A DNA stretch of 64,000 bases, from the NCBI GenBank assembly GCA_000092065.1, contig CP000586.1; one strand, 5' to 3'. This DNA is from Ostreococcus lucimarinus (taxonomy: Eukaryota). Below the pieces are notes generated by a model. The model saw only the letters and a program-made list of their open reading frames with translations. It was not told where the DNA came from and searched no databases. Shown one piece after another: positions 8,940 to 18,296 of the stretch; within the stretch, counting starts at the first letter, position 1; each line of letters opens with the position of its first letter. The position numbers were made by a program, and so were the translations under genes.

Positions 8940-10442
8940 TTAATCGTCGTCGTTGTCGGCGACGAATTTGGCGACGACCGGGGCGAGCGCGAGCGCGGCG
9001 GCTAAGCGAAGCGGCACGAAGAGACGCACGACGTTGATGAAGACGGCGCCGGCGCCGAATAGCTTGGCCTTGTCGGTGGGATCGGAAAGATCGAGCCACG
9101 TGCCCTCTGCGACTTTGTACCACGTGAACGCCACGGGGGCGGCGACGGCCCAAAATGCGAGTTCGATGATGACGTAGGAAACGGTGCCGGCGACGCCGAA
9201 CGATTTTACGTCTTGCATCGTCAGTTTCGGCGCGTTCGCCCCAGAGTTGAGCGCGTAGTACGTCCACACGACGCTGGGTAGAGCTATCATGCCGAGCGCT
9301 TTACCATACGACGGTTCAGCGAAGAACGCTCCGAAAGGCGAGGCGAGTTCGCCGTACTTGACAGCGGTGCTCGCGAGCGACGTCCACAACGCCAACTTGA
9401 GCGCGAATCCTAATCCGTCTTCGATCGGCGCCGCACCCTCTAAAACGGGCGTCTCGCTATCGGCGCCGTCTTTTTCGTTTGTCGCTATCGTGTACGCCGC
9501 TACCGCGCACCCTGTGTTACCCATCAACGTCAACAGCGCCTGCAAAGGCACGAGCGCGTTGATGGACGCGGGATTGTAAAACGCATGAAACGTGCACGCC
9601 GTTATACCAGACGCCAGAAACGGAGACATGGCCACCGTGAGGTTCCGCCAACTCGCGTTTCCGGTCCTATCCGCGTGCCCGGCGACGTATTTCATCGCTA
9701 ACGCCCATTCGGTGACGCTCGAGACGTGCACCGCCCACGTCGGCAAACTCAGCGCGTTGCCCGGCTCGCTCGCCAGCAACTCACCATCCACGATCGACGG
9801 CGCGACCGCCCCGATCGCGAGCGTGCTCGCCGCGCACGTTAAAAACAAAACCCCCAGCACGACGTACGCCGGCGTCGTCGCGCGCTCCTCACCATCCTCG
9901 TCTTTCTCCCCGTCGTCCCCGCGCCCCGCCGCCGCGCCGAACCCGTACGCGAACAACGCGTTCGACACCGTCAACAGCGATTCCGAGCTCCCGTGCAGCG
10001 CGTCTACGTTGGCTAATATATCTCCATACCGCATCTTGGCCACGATTCCCGCCGGTATCGTCGCCGCGACGAACAACAACAAGAATCGCGCGCCGAAGTT
10101 TGACGCTCGCGGCGTCGCGCGCGCGTCCCGCAGAAACCACAGGTACGCCAGGTACGGCGCGAGTCCGACTTGAAACAGCTGCGTCTCGATCCCGGGCGGG
10201 ATGAATCGCAGCGCGGTGCCGCTCGCGCTCGTCACGGACCACGCGTCGACCGCGGCGAGGGCGTCGACGACCGATTGCGCGCGCGCGATGGTGGTCGGTC
10301 GCCGTGCGTCGCGGCGACGACGCGACGCGCTGGACGCGCGAGGCGGACGCGGACGCGGATGCGCGCGCGCGGACGAGTGATGGCGCGCGAAGTCGCGCCC
10401 GCGCGGGCGGACGCGCGCGGACGCGGACGCGATGGACGCCAT
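8940..10442 (-). CDS. plastid-targeted polytopic membrane protein of unknown function
   Basis: 500-aa ORF with an R/S/A-rich presequence and at least 8 predicted TM helices (for example FLLLFVAATIPAGIVA, VVLGVLFLTCAASTLAIGAV, YVIIELAFWAVAAPVAF). The ATG at 10442 was read from the printed sequence. Confidence 0.6.
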   Translation of the reverse strand: MASIASASARVRPRGRDFARHHSSARAHPRPRPPRASSASRRRRDARRPTTIARAQSVVDALAAVDAWSVTSASGTALRFIPPGIETQLFQVGLAPYLAYLWFLRDARATPRASNFGARFLLLFVAATIPAGIVAKMRYGDILANVDALHGSSESLLTVSNALFAYGFGAAAGRGDDGEKDEDGEERATTPAYVVLGVLFLTCAASTLAIGAVAPSIVDGELLASEPGNALSLPTWAVHVSSVTEWALAMKYVAGHADRTGNASWRNLTVAMSPFLASGITACTFHAFYNPASINALVPLQALLTLMGNTGCAVAAYTIATNEKDGADSETPVLEGAAPIEDGLGFALKLALWTSLASTAVKYGELASPFGAFFAEPSYGKALGMIALPSVVWTYYALNSGANAPKLTMQDVKSFGVAGTVSYVIIELAFWAVAAPVAFTWYKVAEGTWLDLSDPTDKAKLFGAGAVFINVVRLFVPLRLAAALALAPVVAKFVADNDDD

Positions 10443-10565
10443 CGCGCCGCGGAGTGGCGAAGTGGATAGCGCGCGGGACGGGAGTAAAGTCGTCGCGCGA
10501 GCTCGCTCGTGTGCTCTTTACAAAGAATAATGCCGCGAAGCCGCTTTCATTCGATTATTGGATGA

Positions 10566-13118
10566 TCAGAGGAACTTTTTGACGACGCGCTTGGACTCGT
10601 CGACGACGGACTCGAGGTCATCCTTGAGGTTGGCGTCCGAGGTGCCGTAGCGTTGGAACGAGTAAACCAACACGCCGGCGCCGAGAAGCTCTAACAATCG
10701 CGGCGCCGCGATGGCGACGAGCGGCCAGCGGGCGACGTTGCCGAGCACGTACGTGCCCGCGAGGGCGGTGGCCGGGCCCGCGATGTCGACCACGGGGTTT
10801 TCGCTGTCACCGAACCATTCCGGGACCTCCTTGAGCGTGTCGGTCACTTCGGAAATGTCGACGTCTTGCACCGCAGACACCGTCTTGGAGGCGGTCTTAC
10901 CGATCGGGGCCAGTTGATCGATGACTTCGCCGACATCGCCTGGCAACTCGCGCGGCAAGTTGGCGGCGAGATCTTCGATGTCGTCCGCGATATCGTCTTC
11001 GCCGACGAGGAGGTAACGCTCCAAGAGCAAGACGGCGGTCAGGGTGCCGATGAATTCGAGCGGACCCGGCACGAGCGAGCCGAGAACGGGCAAGTGCGCG
11101 ACGGCGTCGGTAGCCACGACAGCACCGACGGTGGCAGCCTTTACGTTAAAGTTGTCGATACCATCAATCGTCTCGAAAACTCCATCCGCCGCACCTTCAA
11201 GGTCGCCCTCGAGGAGCGAATCTCTGACGCCCGGCACGGCCAACGCGAGCGCGACGGCGGTGGCCAAGCTTACGGCGGCGACGTCACTGAACGTGGCGCC
11301 GACGAAGTCAAGGCTCTTGCTGCTGTTGTTGCGCGCAGTGGCGTCCGCGCGCGCCTTCGCAGTCTTGGCCTTGACTTCTTTAGCCTTCTTGTCCGCGAGA
11401 GCCTTCTTCTTCGCGGCGGCGGCAGCCTTGGCGTCAACCTTCTTCGCGGCGGGCTTGGAAGCGGCGGGCTTGGAAGCTGCGGGCTTCGGCGCGGCGGGCT
11501 TCGGCGCGGCGGCTTCAACCTTCGGCACGGCGGCTTCGACGGCCTTCTCTGCGGCGGCAACTTCTCTTTCCGCGGCTTGCTCGGCGCGAAGCGCTTCGCG
11601 TTCCGCGGCTTGCGCCTTGGCGGCGGCGGCGCGAGTGGCCTTGTCGTTGGTCATCGCCGCTTCCATCTTCGCCTTGGCGGCGGCTCGGGCGGCAACTTTT
11701 TCGGTAGCGGCGGCCTTAGCGGCGTTCGCTCTGGCAGCTTGCGCAGCCTTTCTGGCGGCCACTTGCTTATCGGCGCTCGACGTCGCTGCGCTGACGCGCT
11801 TTCTGCTCGATTCCGATTTCTCCGCGATGAGCTTCGCTCGCGCGTCGGCGGCAGCCTTGCGTTCGGCTTGCTTTTTAGCCGCAAGCTTGGAGGCCGCAGC
11901 AGCCTTCTCAGCTTGCTTGATGGCGCCCGGGGTCTTCTTCGGCGCTTGGATGACCGGAGCTTGAACAACCGGAGCTTCGACGACGGGTTCGACGACGACG
12001 GGCTTCTCCGCCTTTACCGGCGCCTTCTTCGCAAGACGCGCCTTCTTCGCGGCTTCAAGCTTGGCCGCGTTCGCAGCCTTAGCTTTGGCGGCAGCTTCTG
12101 CGCGTTCGGTGGCAGCCTTTTGCGCGGCGGCGGCAGCCTTCTCCGCTTCCGCGTCGCGCGCCGCCTTGATCTTGGCCAATTCCGCTTCGCGAGCCTCCTT
12201 GGCGGCTTCGCGCTTCGCCGCGGATGGCTTATCCGCGGACTTCGTCGGCATTTCCGCGACGGCAGGCGCTTCAGCCACCGGCGCGGTGGCCTTGGAAGCG
12301 ACACGCTTGACCGGACGCTTCGTCGTCGGCGCTGCCGTGGCTGCCGGCGCTGGCGCAGCCTTAGACGCCACGCGCTTCACCGGACGCTTCGTCGGCGGCG
12401 CCGCCACACCCTTCACGGTGCGCTTAGACACGACGCGCTTCACCGGACGCTTCGTCGTCGCCGCCGCCACACCCTTCACGGTGCGCTTAGACACGACGCG
12501 CTTCACCGGACGCTTCGTCGTCGCCGCCGCCTTGACCGCGGGCGCGGTCTTAGACGCCACGCGCTTCACCGCGCGCTTCGTCGTCGGCGTCGCCTTACCG
12601 GGCGCCGCCTTCGACGCGACGCGCTTCACCGGACGCTTCGTCGCCGGCACCGCCGTCGCCGTCGCCTTGGTCGCCGTTCGCGCGCGCACCTTCCTCACGC
12701 CCTTTCGCGCCCCCCCGCTCGTCGTTTTCGCCTTAAATTCCTTCTTCCCCGCCTTGACCTTCGGCGCGACGCGCGACGCCGTCGACTTCGCCGTCGTCGT
12801 CGTCGCTCGCCGCTTCGTCGTCCGTTCGTACGGCGTCCCTCTCCCGTTCACCGTCGACGCTCGCTTCGCCTCGTACGCCTCCGCGACGTCCGTCATCCCC
12901 ACGATCGCGCTCACCGCCACCGCCGTCGCCGCCATCGCCGTCGACCGTCGCTTCGCGTCGTCGTCGTCGTCGCTTCGCGCGTCGCCGTCGTCGCGTCGCG
13001 TCGTCGCGCGTCGCGCGATCGTCGCCTTCCCGCGTCGCGCATCGCGCGTCGCGCGTCGCGTCGTCGCGTCGCGTCGCCGCGCGGGCGCGCTCGGGATCGT
13101 CGCCGCCGCGAGGGACAT
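10566..13118 (-). CDS. lysine/alanine-rich repeat protein (histone-H1-like 21-aa tandem repeats, long charged coiled region, conserved hydrophobic C-terminal domain)
   Basis: 850-aa ORF. Tandem TTKRPVKRVVSKRTVKGVAAA repeats are encoded by 63-nt DNA repeats. There is a long A/K/E-rich helical region. The C-terminal ~280 aa are complex, non-repetitive sequence with hydrophobic helices. The opposite-strand ORF 10866..13205 is R/G/L junk. Confidence 0.6.
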   Translation of the reverse strand: MSLAAATIPSAPARRRDATTRRATRDARRGKATIARRATTRRDDGDARSDDDDDAKRRSTAMAATAVAVSAIVGMTDVAEAYEAKRASTVNGRGTPYERTTKRRATTTTAKSTASRVAPKVKAGKKEFKAKTTSGGARKGVRKVRARTATKATATAVPATKRPVKRVASKAAPGKATPTTKRAVKRVASKTAPAVKAAATTKRPVKRVVSKRTVKGVAAATTKRPVKRVVSKRTVKGVAAPPTKRPVKRVASKAAPAPAATAAPTTKRPVKRVASKATAPVAEAPAVAEMPTKSADKPSAAKREAAKEAREAELAKIKAARDAEAEKAAAAAQKAATERAEAAAKAKAANAAKLEAAKKARLAKKAPVKAEKPVVVEPVVEAPVVQAPVIQAPKKTPGAIKQAEKAAAASKLAAKKQAERKAAADARAKLIAEKSESSRKRVSAATSSADKQVAARKAAQAARANAAKAAATEKVAARAAAKAKMEAAMTNDKATRAAAAKAQAAEREALRAEQAAEREVAAAEKAVEAAVPKVEAAAPKPAAPKPAASKPAASKPAAKKVDAKAAAAAKKKALADKKAKEVKAKTAKARADATARNNSSKSLDFVGATFSDVAAVSLATAVALALAVPGVRDSLLEGDLEGAADGVFETIDGIDNFNVKAATVGAVVATDAVAHLPVLGSLVPGPLEFIGTLTAVLLLERYLLVGEDDIADDIEDLAANLPRELPGDVGEVIDQLAPIGKTASKTVSAVQDVDISEVTDTLKEVPEWFGDSENPVVDIAGPATALAGTYVLGNVARWPLVAIAAPRLLELLGAGVLVYSFQRYGTSDANLKDDLESVVDESKRVVKKFL
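12300..12680. repeat. in-frame 63-nt minisatellite (at least 6 copies) inside the K/A-rich protein CDS
   Basis: The CGCGCTTCACCGGACGCTTCGTCG... unit recurs with a 63-nt period (starts near 12371, 12434, 12497, 12560, 12620). It encodes 21-aa TTKRPVKRVVSKRTVKGVAAA repeats on the minus strand. Confidence 0.8.
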
Positions 13119-13210
13119 GTCGTTCGCGAGCCGTGCGCGCGCGCGTGTGCGCGCGCGATCGCCGCGGCGTCGCGAATCGAATCGGATAATCGTCCAAATC
13201 TCTAGTTTTC

Positions 13211-13350
13211 ACTGTTTACGCATACGTAACGTATTCTGCGTACGTTTACGCTATGAATGACGCTTGACGTGGTCGTATGTACTGTTTACGCATACGTAAC
13301 GTATTCTGCGTACGTTAACGCTATGCATGACGCTTGACGTGGTCGTATTC
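13211..13350. repeat. 70-bp tandem duplication (2 copies plus a partial third) in the bidirectional promoter between the K/A-repeat gene and PRP3
   Basis: ACTGTTTACGCATACGTAACGTATTCTGCGTACGTTTACGCTATGAATGACGCTTGACGTGGTCGTATGT is repeated with 2 mismatches. A partial copy CACTGTTTGCGCG follows at about 13359. Confidence 0.85.
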
Positions 13351-13442
13351 TGCGTTCGCACTGTTTGCGCGTCCAACGCGTCGGTCGCCGCGCGCGGCGT
13401 CGACGACCGCGCGCGCACACCGCGACGGACCGCGACGACGGC

Positions 13443-13724
13443 ATGCGCGCGTCGCGGTCGCGGTCGCGGTCGCGGTCGACCGATCGGTCGACGGCGCGCG
13501 CGAGCGCGCGCGACGGCGACGGCGCGCGAGGGACGGCGGCGTCGGACCGGGCGCGCGTGGACGGGATGACGGTGCGCGCGCTGCGGGACGCGCTGCGCGC
13601 GCGAGGGATGGCCACGGACGGGGTCAAGGCGACGCTGGCGGCGCGGTTGCTCGAGAGCGCGGGCGGTTCGGAGGGAGGGACGAAGCGGGCGCGGGAGGGG
13701 GGGGCGGCGCGCGACGGCGACGGC

Positions 13725-13777
<53 letters not shown>

Positions 13778-14270
13778 GGGGACGACGGCGACGCGAGCGA
13801 CGAAACGAAGGCGGTGGGAGGATGGCGACGGTGCGGAGGGGGCGGGGGAGGCGAAACCGGAGGCGGTGGTGGCGAAACCCAAGGCGGCGGGCGGTTTGGA
13901 CAAGGCGGCGCTGTTGAAGCAAAAGCAGGCGTTGTTGAAGCAGAAAGAACTCGCGGCGAAGCTCAAGGCGAAGAAGGTGGCGGACGAGAAAGCGAAGGCG
14001 GCTGCGGGGTCGCGTCCGAGCGCGCGTCCGATGGCGCTGCGACTCGACGCGCAAGGTCGAGAGATTGACGAACGCGGCGAATTGGTGGTGAACAAGGTTA
14101 TCGAGACGTCGACGCTGAGCGTGAATTTGAAGCAGCAACGCGCGAACGCTTTCGCGCAGGCGCAGGCGGAAGCGCAAGCGGAGATCGCGAGTCAGGCCGG
14201 GGCGGATTTTGACGATCCCAGAATGCGGGCTTTCGCGGGAAAGACTCGGAAAAAGCGTTCGGCTTTACAG
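13443..14270 (+). CDS. PRPF3: U4/U6 snRNP protein PRP3, exon 1 (RS-rich N-terminus, SAP-like motif, coiled coil, start of the PRP3 domain)
   Basis: LRLDAQGREIDERGELV and FDDPRMRAFAGKTRKKRSALQ align with human PRPF3 (LDAQGRTVD...FFDPRVS...RRTFKF). The exon ends at CAG|GTGCGT (donor at 14271), phase 0. Confidence 0.8.
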
Positions 14271-14679
14271 GTGCGTTTGAATCGACGCGATTTCCAACCG
14301 CCTCGTGATTTTTTCTTCGTCATTGCATCTTTCAAAGCTCCGTGGTAATCTCACGACATGCCCCTTGGAGACTACAAGATTGCAAAATTGAAAGGCTGGC
14401 GCTCTAATACTCCTCTGAGGTTTCCACTCAGGAGGGTTACGCTGCGTCGGTACATTTTCCACGAAAGCAAGTTACACTCTGTCGCGAGACCTTCTCATGT
14501 CACGTTGCAATTTTTATGCTTGCGATAGTAAATAGCGGATTGGACAGCTGGCGGGGCGCTCTTATCATAGTGGGCGTCATCTCCTTACCATCCGAACCAC
14601 ATTTTTTTGGTTTCGACGAGAAACGTTTTTCTCGGCTTTTCGCCGACTGACCTCGTTTTGCGCGCGTTTTCGTTTGCAG
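14271..14679 (+). other. PRP3 intron 1 (409 nt, unusually long and AT-rich for this genome)
   Basis: GTGCGT donor, CTGAC branch point about 30 nt before the CAG acceptor. GC content near 48% against about 66% in the flanks. Confidence 0.75.
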
Positions 14680-15484
14680 TTCGTCGAGGACGGTAAGTTT
14701 CAGAAAGAAGCCGACATGCACAGGCTTCGCATGCAATTCGGCGACGAAAAGGCGGAAAGGATGAAGGAGCGATCTGAGCGCGAGCGCAAACACGCCGAAC
14801 GCATGGAAAAGTTGGAAAAGGAGGCGACGATGGATCCCAACTTGGTTCCGGTAGGCGAGCGCCCTTCGGCGGCGAAGGGTGCGAGCGCGGCGAGGCCGTT
14901 AGCGCCTTTGGATGAAATACCCGACGTCGAATGGTGGGACCGGGATATTTTGCGTAACGGGACGTACGACGACGTCACGGGTGGAAAATGGAACGTGAAT
15001 ATGGACAAGTTTAACGTGTACGTCGAGCACCCCGTGCCGATCAAACCGCCTCTGAACGCGCCTGCGCCGGCGCCGCAACCTCTGATGCTCACTAAAGCGG
15101 AGCAGAAGAAACTGCGCACGCAGCGTCGCGTCGCACGAGAAAAGGAAAAGCAAGAGATGATCAGGCAAGGGTTGATTGAGCCCCCGAAACCAAAGGTGAA
15201 AATCTCCAATTTGATGCGCGTGTTGAAGGACGAAGCCGTGCTCGATCCCACAGCTATGGAGAAGGAAGTGCGAGAGCAGATGGCTGAGCGCGAGCAAGCT
15301 CACCAAGATAGAAATTTAGCGCGCATGCTCACGCCGGCGGAACGACGTGAGAAGAAGATGCGCAAGTTGCTAGGGAACGATGCGGCGGGCGAGGTACACA
15401 TGCACGTGTACCGCGTCGAAGACATGTCCAACACAAAGAATAAGTTCAAGGTTGACGTGAACGCGCAAGAGAATCACTTGACGG
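14680..15484 (+). CDS. PRPF3: PRP3 exon 2 (PRP3 domain)
   Basis: The acceptor ...CGTTTGCAG|TTC is preceded by a CTGAC branch point. The exon encodes FVEDGKFQKE...IPDVEWWDRDIL...LTKAEQKKLRTQRRVAREKEKQEMIRQGLIEPPKPKVKISNLMRVL, matching PRPF3. It ends with a split codon at G|GTACGT (donor at 15485). Confidence 0.8.
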
Positions 15485-15692
15485 GTACGTTTCACGTTCG
15501 TAACTTCACTCGACATCGATATTTCGTCTTTGATGAATTCGCGAAACCATTACTAGTACTGAAAGCCTCAGAGCCTCCGGGCTTTGATCGAGACAAACGC
15601 TATCCCTGAGACGCTCTGTTGTGAGAACGCTGACGACGTCGCGGGGCCGCGCGCGACTGATGACTGACCAGAAGAAATTCGATCACACGCAG
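15485..15692 (+). other. PRP3 intron 2 (208 nt)
   Basis: GTACGT donor, CTGAC branch point, CAG acceptor. The frame is restored across the junction. Confidence 0.7.
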
Positions 15693-16021
15693 GCGTCGGT
15701 TTAATCGCTGAAGCATTCACGATTGTGATCGTCGAGGGAACGGCGAAAGCCGTTCGCCGTTACGACAAACTCATGATGCGCCGAATCGATTGGAACGCCA
15801 AGCTGAACGATGATAACGACGAAATGGACGCCGACGACGCGAAGAAGAACAAGTGCACTCGCGTGTGGAGAGGGACCTCGACATCACACGCTCTGAGACG
15901 CTTCTGTTTCGAGACGTTTCGATCGGATGCGGCGGCTCGACGATACTTAGCAGAGTTCAAGCTCGAACATCTTTACGACGCCGCGTTTGCGGCGATCGCG
16001 TGCGCCGAAGATTCGGAATAA
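15693..16021 (+). CDS. PRPF3: PRP3 exon 3 (C-terminal DUF1115 region)
   Basis: Acceptor CAG at 15690-15692, with CTGAC about 25 nt upstream. The junction reconstitutes LTG-VGLIAEAFTIVIVEGTAKAVRRYDKLMMRRIDW, the same length and pattern as human [36 protein letters not shown]. Stop at 16019-16021. Confidence 0.7.
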
Positions 16022-16026
16022 TGTAA
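16022..16026 (+). terminator. TGTAA poly(A)-signal-like pentamer immediately after the PRP3 stop (example of a recurring pattern)
   Basis: TGTAA lies within about 5-40 nt of the stop of several genes (PRP3, rubredoxin gene at about 7600, LepA at about 23990, ORF at 8576-8899 at about 8912). This is the chlorophyte poly(A) signal. Confidence 0.4.
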
Positions 16027-16085
16027 TACCATGAAATGAGAGATGGGACGAGAAATCTACTGACATTGTTGATCTTTTACACGCA

Positions 16086-17693
16086 CTAATGCAATTCGAG
16101 CAATTTCATGAGCTTTGCGGCGATATCGAGCGAAATCATCACACCTCCATCCACGCGCTGGAAATCCACCATTAGCCTATCGTTTGGCATCTTGTACACT
16201 TGGAGTTCAAACTTCAACACCGTAGGCTCACGCTGTCGACCTGGGCGCATGGTTGAGCGACCGTCTTCGCTCATTGGTGGTGTCGTGACGCCGAGGTCTT
16301 CGTCCATCGCGTCTTGATCGCCCGCCGCGACGTCACCGTCCGCCATGTCGTTGTCCATAGCGTCGCCGTGGCAGTGGAGAACGCACATGCACTTCATGTT
16401 ATACGGTCCGTTCTTCTTCCAAGACACGTCCATCACGCGTAATACGCGAATCAACTCGTTGAAAACGTCTAGTGCGCCCATCTTTGAAGCCGTTCCAAGC
16501 ATCCAACGCTGCTCGGCGACGAGACGCTGTTGCATCATGTGCGCGTGCACTTGACTCGGTCGTCGCACGCCTAGTGCAGACGCGACGCCGTGTCGCATGT
16601 TGTTGTGTTCCGCCATGATCTCTGCATCGTCGTATTCGGCGCCTAAGTACCCACCGTATATGTTTCGCCTATTGTCCAGTAGCAAGTAATACGTCACCGT
16701 CGCCTTGTTACGGATTTGATGCCTTAGAGCGTCAATCAACGGTTCGCGCTCAAAGCCTAAGTTGATCACCATATCCAAAGTCTCCCCATCGAGATTGGAT
16801 GTTTGCGATATCTGCGTTTGCGGCGGTACCACGAGATAGCGCGGTAGATGCACGACGAACCACTGATGGTGACGAATCTCCGCCATGGTGATTCGCTTGA
16901 GCGGGTCTACGAAGAGCATGCGCGATATTAAGTCTCGCGCCCCCGGGCTCAGATGGCTTGGTAAGCTATATACCCCACCCTTGATCTTTTTAAACAAGTT
17001 TGGGATGCTTTCATCGTCGAAAGGCAACGATCCACACAGAAGCGCGTACAAAATCACCCCGCAACTCCACACGTCCACCTCGGGGCCGCTGTACAGCTTG
17101 CCGCTAATCACCTCTGGCGCGGCGTAGTTGGGACTCCCGCACGACGTCTTCAAAAAGTGACCGTCCCGCATGACGTTCGACAACCCGAAATCCGCAATCT
17201 TGACGTTATTCCGCGAATCCAGCAACAAGTTTTCCGGCTTCAAGTCGCGATGCACGACCATATTCCGATGGCAATACTCCACCCCCGATATGATTTGTTG
17301 AAAGAAATGCCTCGCCTCGTTTTCCCCCAATCGTCCCTTCTCCACGATGTAATCGAACAACTCGCCCGACTTCACGTACTCCATCACCAAAAAGATGTCG
17401 TGCGGCGTCTCCAATATCTCGTACAACCGAATGATGTGCGGATGCATGAACAGCCGCAAAATCTTAATCTCCCGTCGCACCTTTTCCTCCATGTCGATCG
17501 CCTTGATCTTCTTCCGATTCAAAATCTTGATCGCCACCTTGTGTCCCGTCAGCACGTGTTCCGCCACTTTCACCTTCCCGAACGACCCGATCCCGAGCGT
17601 CTTCCCGATGCGATAGTTCGGCAGGTAAATCTCCGCTTGCCCTCGCGACGCCCCCCCGCTCGCGTGCGTCCCGCTGTCCTCCCCGCCCTCCAT
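16086..17693 (-). CDS. SnRK1: SNF1/AMPK/SnRK1 catalytic alpha subunit (Ser/Thr protein kinase)
   Basis: Kinase subdomains LGIGSFGKVKVAEHVLTGHKVAIK, HRDLKPENLLLD, DFGLS, and a T-loop SCGSPNYAAPE. It also has a UBA-like segment and a KA1-like C-terminus typical of SnRK1. Confidence 0.9.
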   Translation of the reverse strand: MEGGEDSGTHASGGASRGQAEIYLPNYRIGKTLGIGSFGKVKVAEHVLTGHKVAIKILNRKKIKAIDMEEKVRREIKILRLFMHPHIIRLYEILETPHDIFLVMEYVKSGELFDYIVEKGRLGENEARHFFQQIISGVEYCHRNMVVHRDLKPENLLLDSRNNVKIADFGLSNVMRDGHFLKTSCGSPNYAAPEVISGKLYSGPEVDVWSCGVILYALLCGSLPFDDESIPNLFKKIKGGVYSLPSHLSPGARDLISRMLFVDPLKRITMAEIRHHQWFVVHLPRYLVVPPQTQISQTSNLDGETLDMVINLGFEREPLIDALRHQIRNKATVTYYLLLDNRRNIYGGYLGAEYDDAEIMAEHNNMRHGVASALGVRRPSQVHAHMMQQRLVAEQRWMLGTASKMGALDVFNELIRVLRVMDVSWKKNGPYNMKCMCVLHCHGDAMDNDMADGDVAAGDQDAMDEDLGVTTPPMSEDGRSTMRPGRQREPTVLKFELQVYKMPNDRLMVDFQRVDGGVMISLDIAAKLMKLLELH

Positions 17694-18027
17694 CGCGCCT
17701 CCGTCGCGCGTCCGTCCGAGCGCGCGCTCGCGTCGCGCTCGCGTCGCGCGCGACCGTCGCTCGCGTCACGCGTCGTCGCGCGGTCGCGCGCGTTCGCGTT
17801 CGCGCGTCGCGCGCGCCGATCGACGCGCCTCGCGCGAGAATAAAATTACGACGCGTCTCGAGACGCGCGCGCGTCCGGGTCGCGCGCGCGCCGCGCGGGC
17901 GCTCGAGTCGACGCGCTCTCTCTCGCGCGCGCCGTTCGCGGTCGCGCGCGCGCGCGCGGTCGCGTGTGCGGCCGACGCGCGCGAGGGCACGGGCCAACGA
18001 ACGGCGTTGCGTCGAGGACGGCTCGTG

Positions 18028-18042
18028 ACTGTTTACCCATAC
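18028..18042 (+). promoter_or_regulatory. ACTGTTTACCCATAC motif in the SnRK1 / malic-enzyme divergent promoter
   Basis: Exact 15-mer, identical to 21886..21900. One C-to-G change from the two copies in the 13211..13350 repeat. Confidence 0.55.
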
Positions 18043-18296
18043 AAAAAGAGTGAGTGTTGAGTCACGACCCGTCGATCGGCGTGGGTCGGCACACCCGCGT
18101 GTGCGGCGTCGCCCGCCGCGTCGCCCGCGCGCGCCGTCGACCGCGCACCGCGACGCGACCGCGACGCGCGCGCCCGCGGGACGATCGCGACGTCCCGTCG
18201 CGACCGGACGCGCGCGGGCGCGCGGTCGACGGACGCGGCGCGGCGCGATTTTTACCGAAAACGCGTCGCGGCGCGGCGACGCGCGACGCGACGGCG

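Noticed and set aside
10866-13205. 779-aa plus-strand ORF antisense to the K/A-repeat gene
   Set aside because: Its sequence is Arg/Gly/Leu-rich low-complexity, typical of shadow ORFs in GC-rich DNA. The minus-strand frame carries ordered repeats and a complex C-terminal domain.
13211-13350. Tandem repeat considered as a CRISPR array or MITE
   Set aside because: It has only 2 head-to-tail copies with no spacers, no terminal inverted repeats and no target-site duplication. The genome is eukaryotic, so this is a promoter tandem duplication.
17694-18296. 600-bp CG-rich region between SnRK1 and malic enzyme with many small R-rich ORFs
   Set aside because: It is interpreted as a bidirectional promoter plus 5' leader and the non-ATG-initiated extension of the malic-enzyme ORF. 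The only distinctive element is the ACTGTTTACCCATAC motif, which is reported separately.
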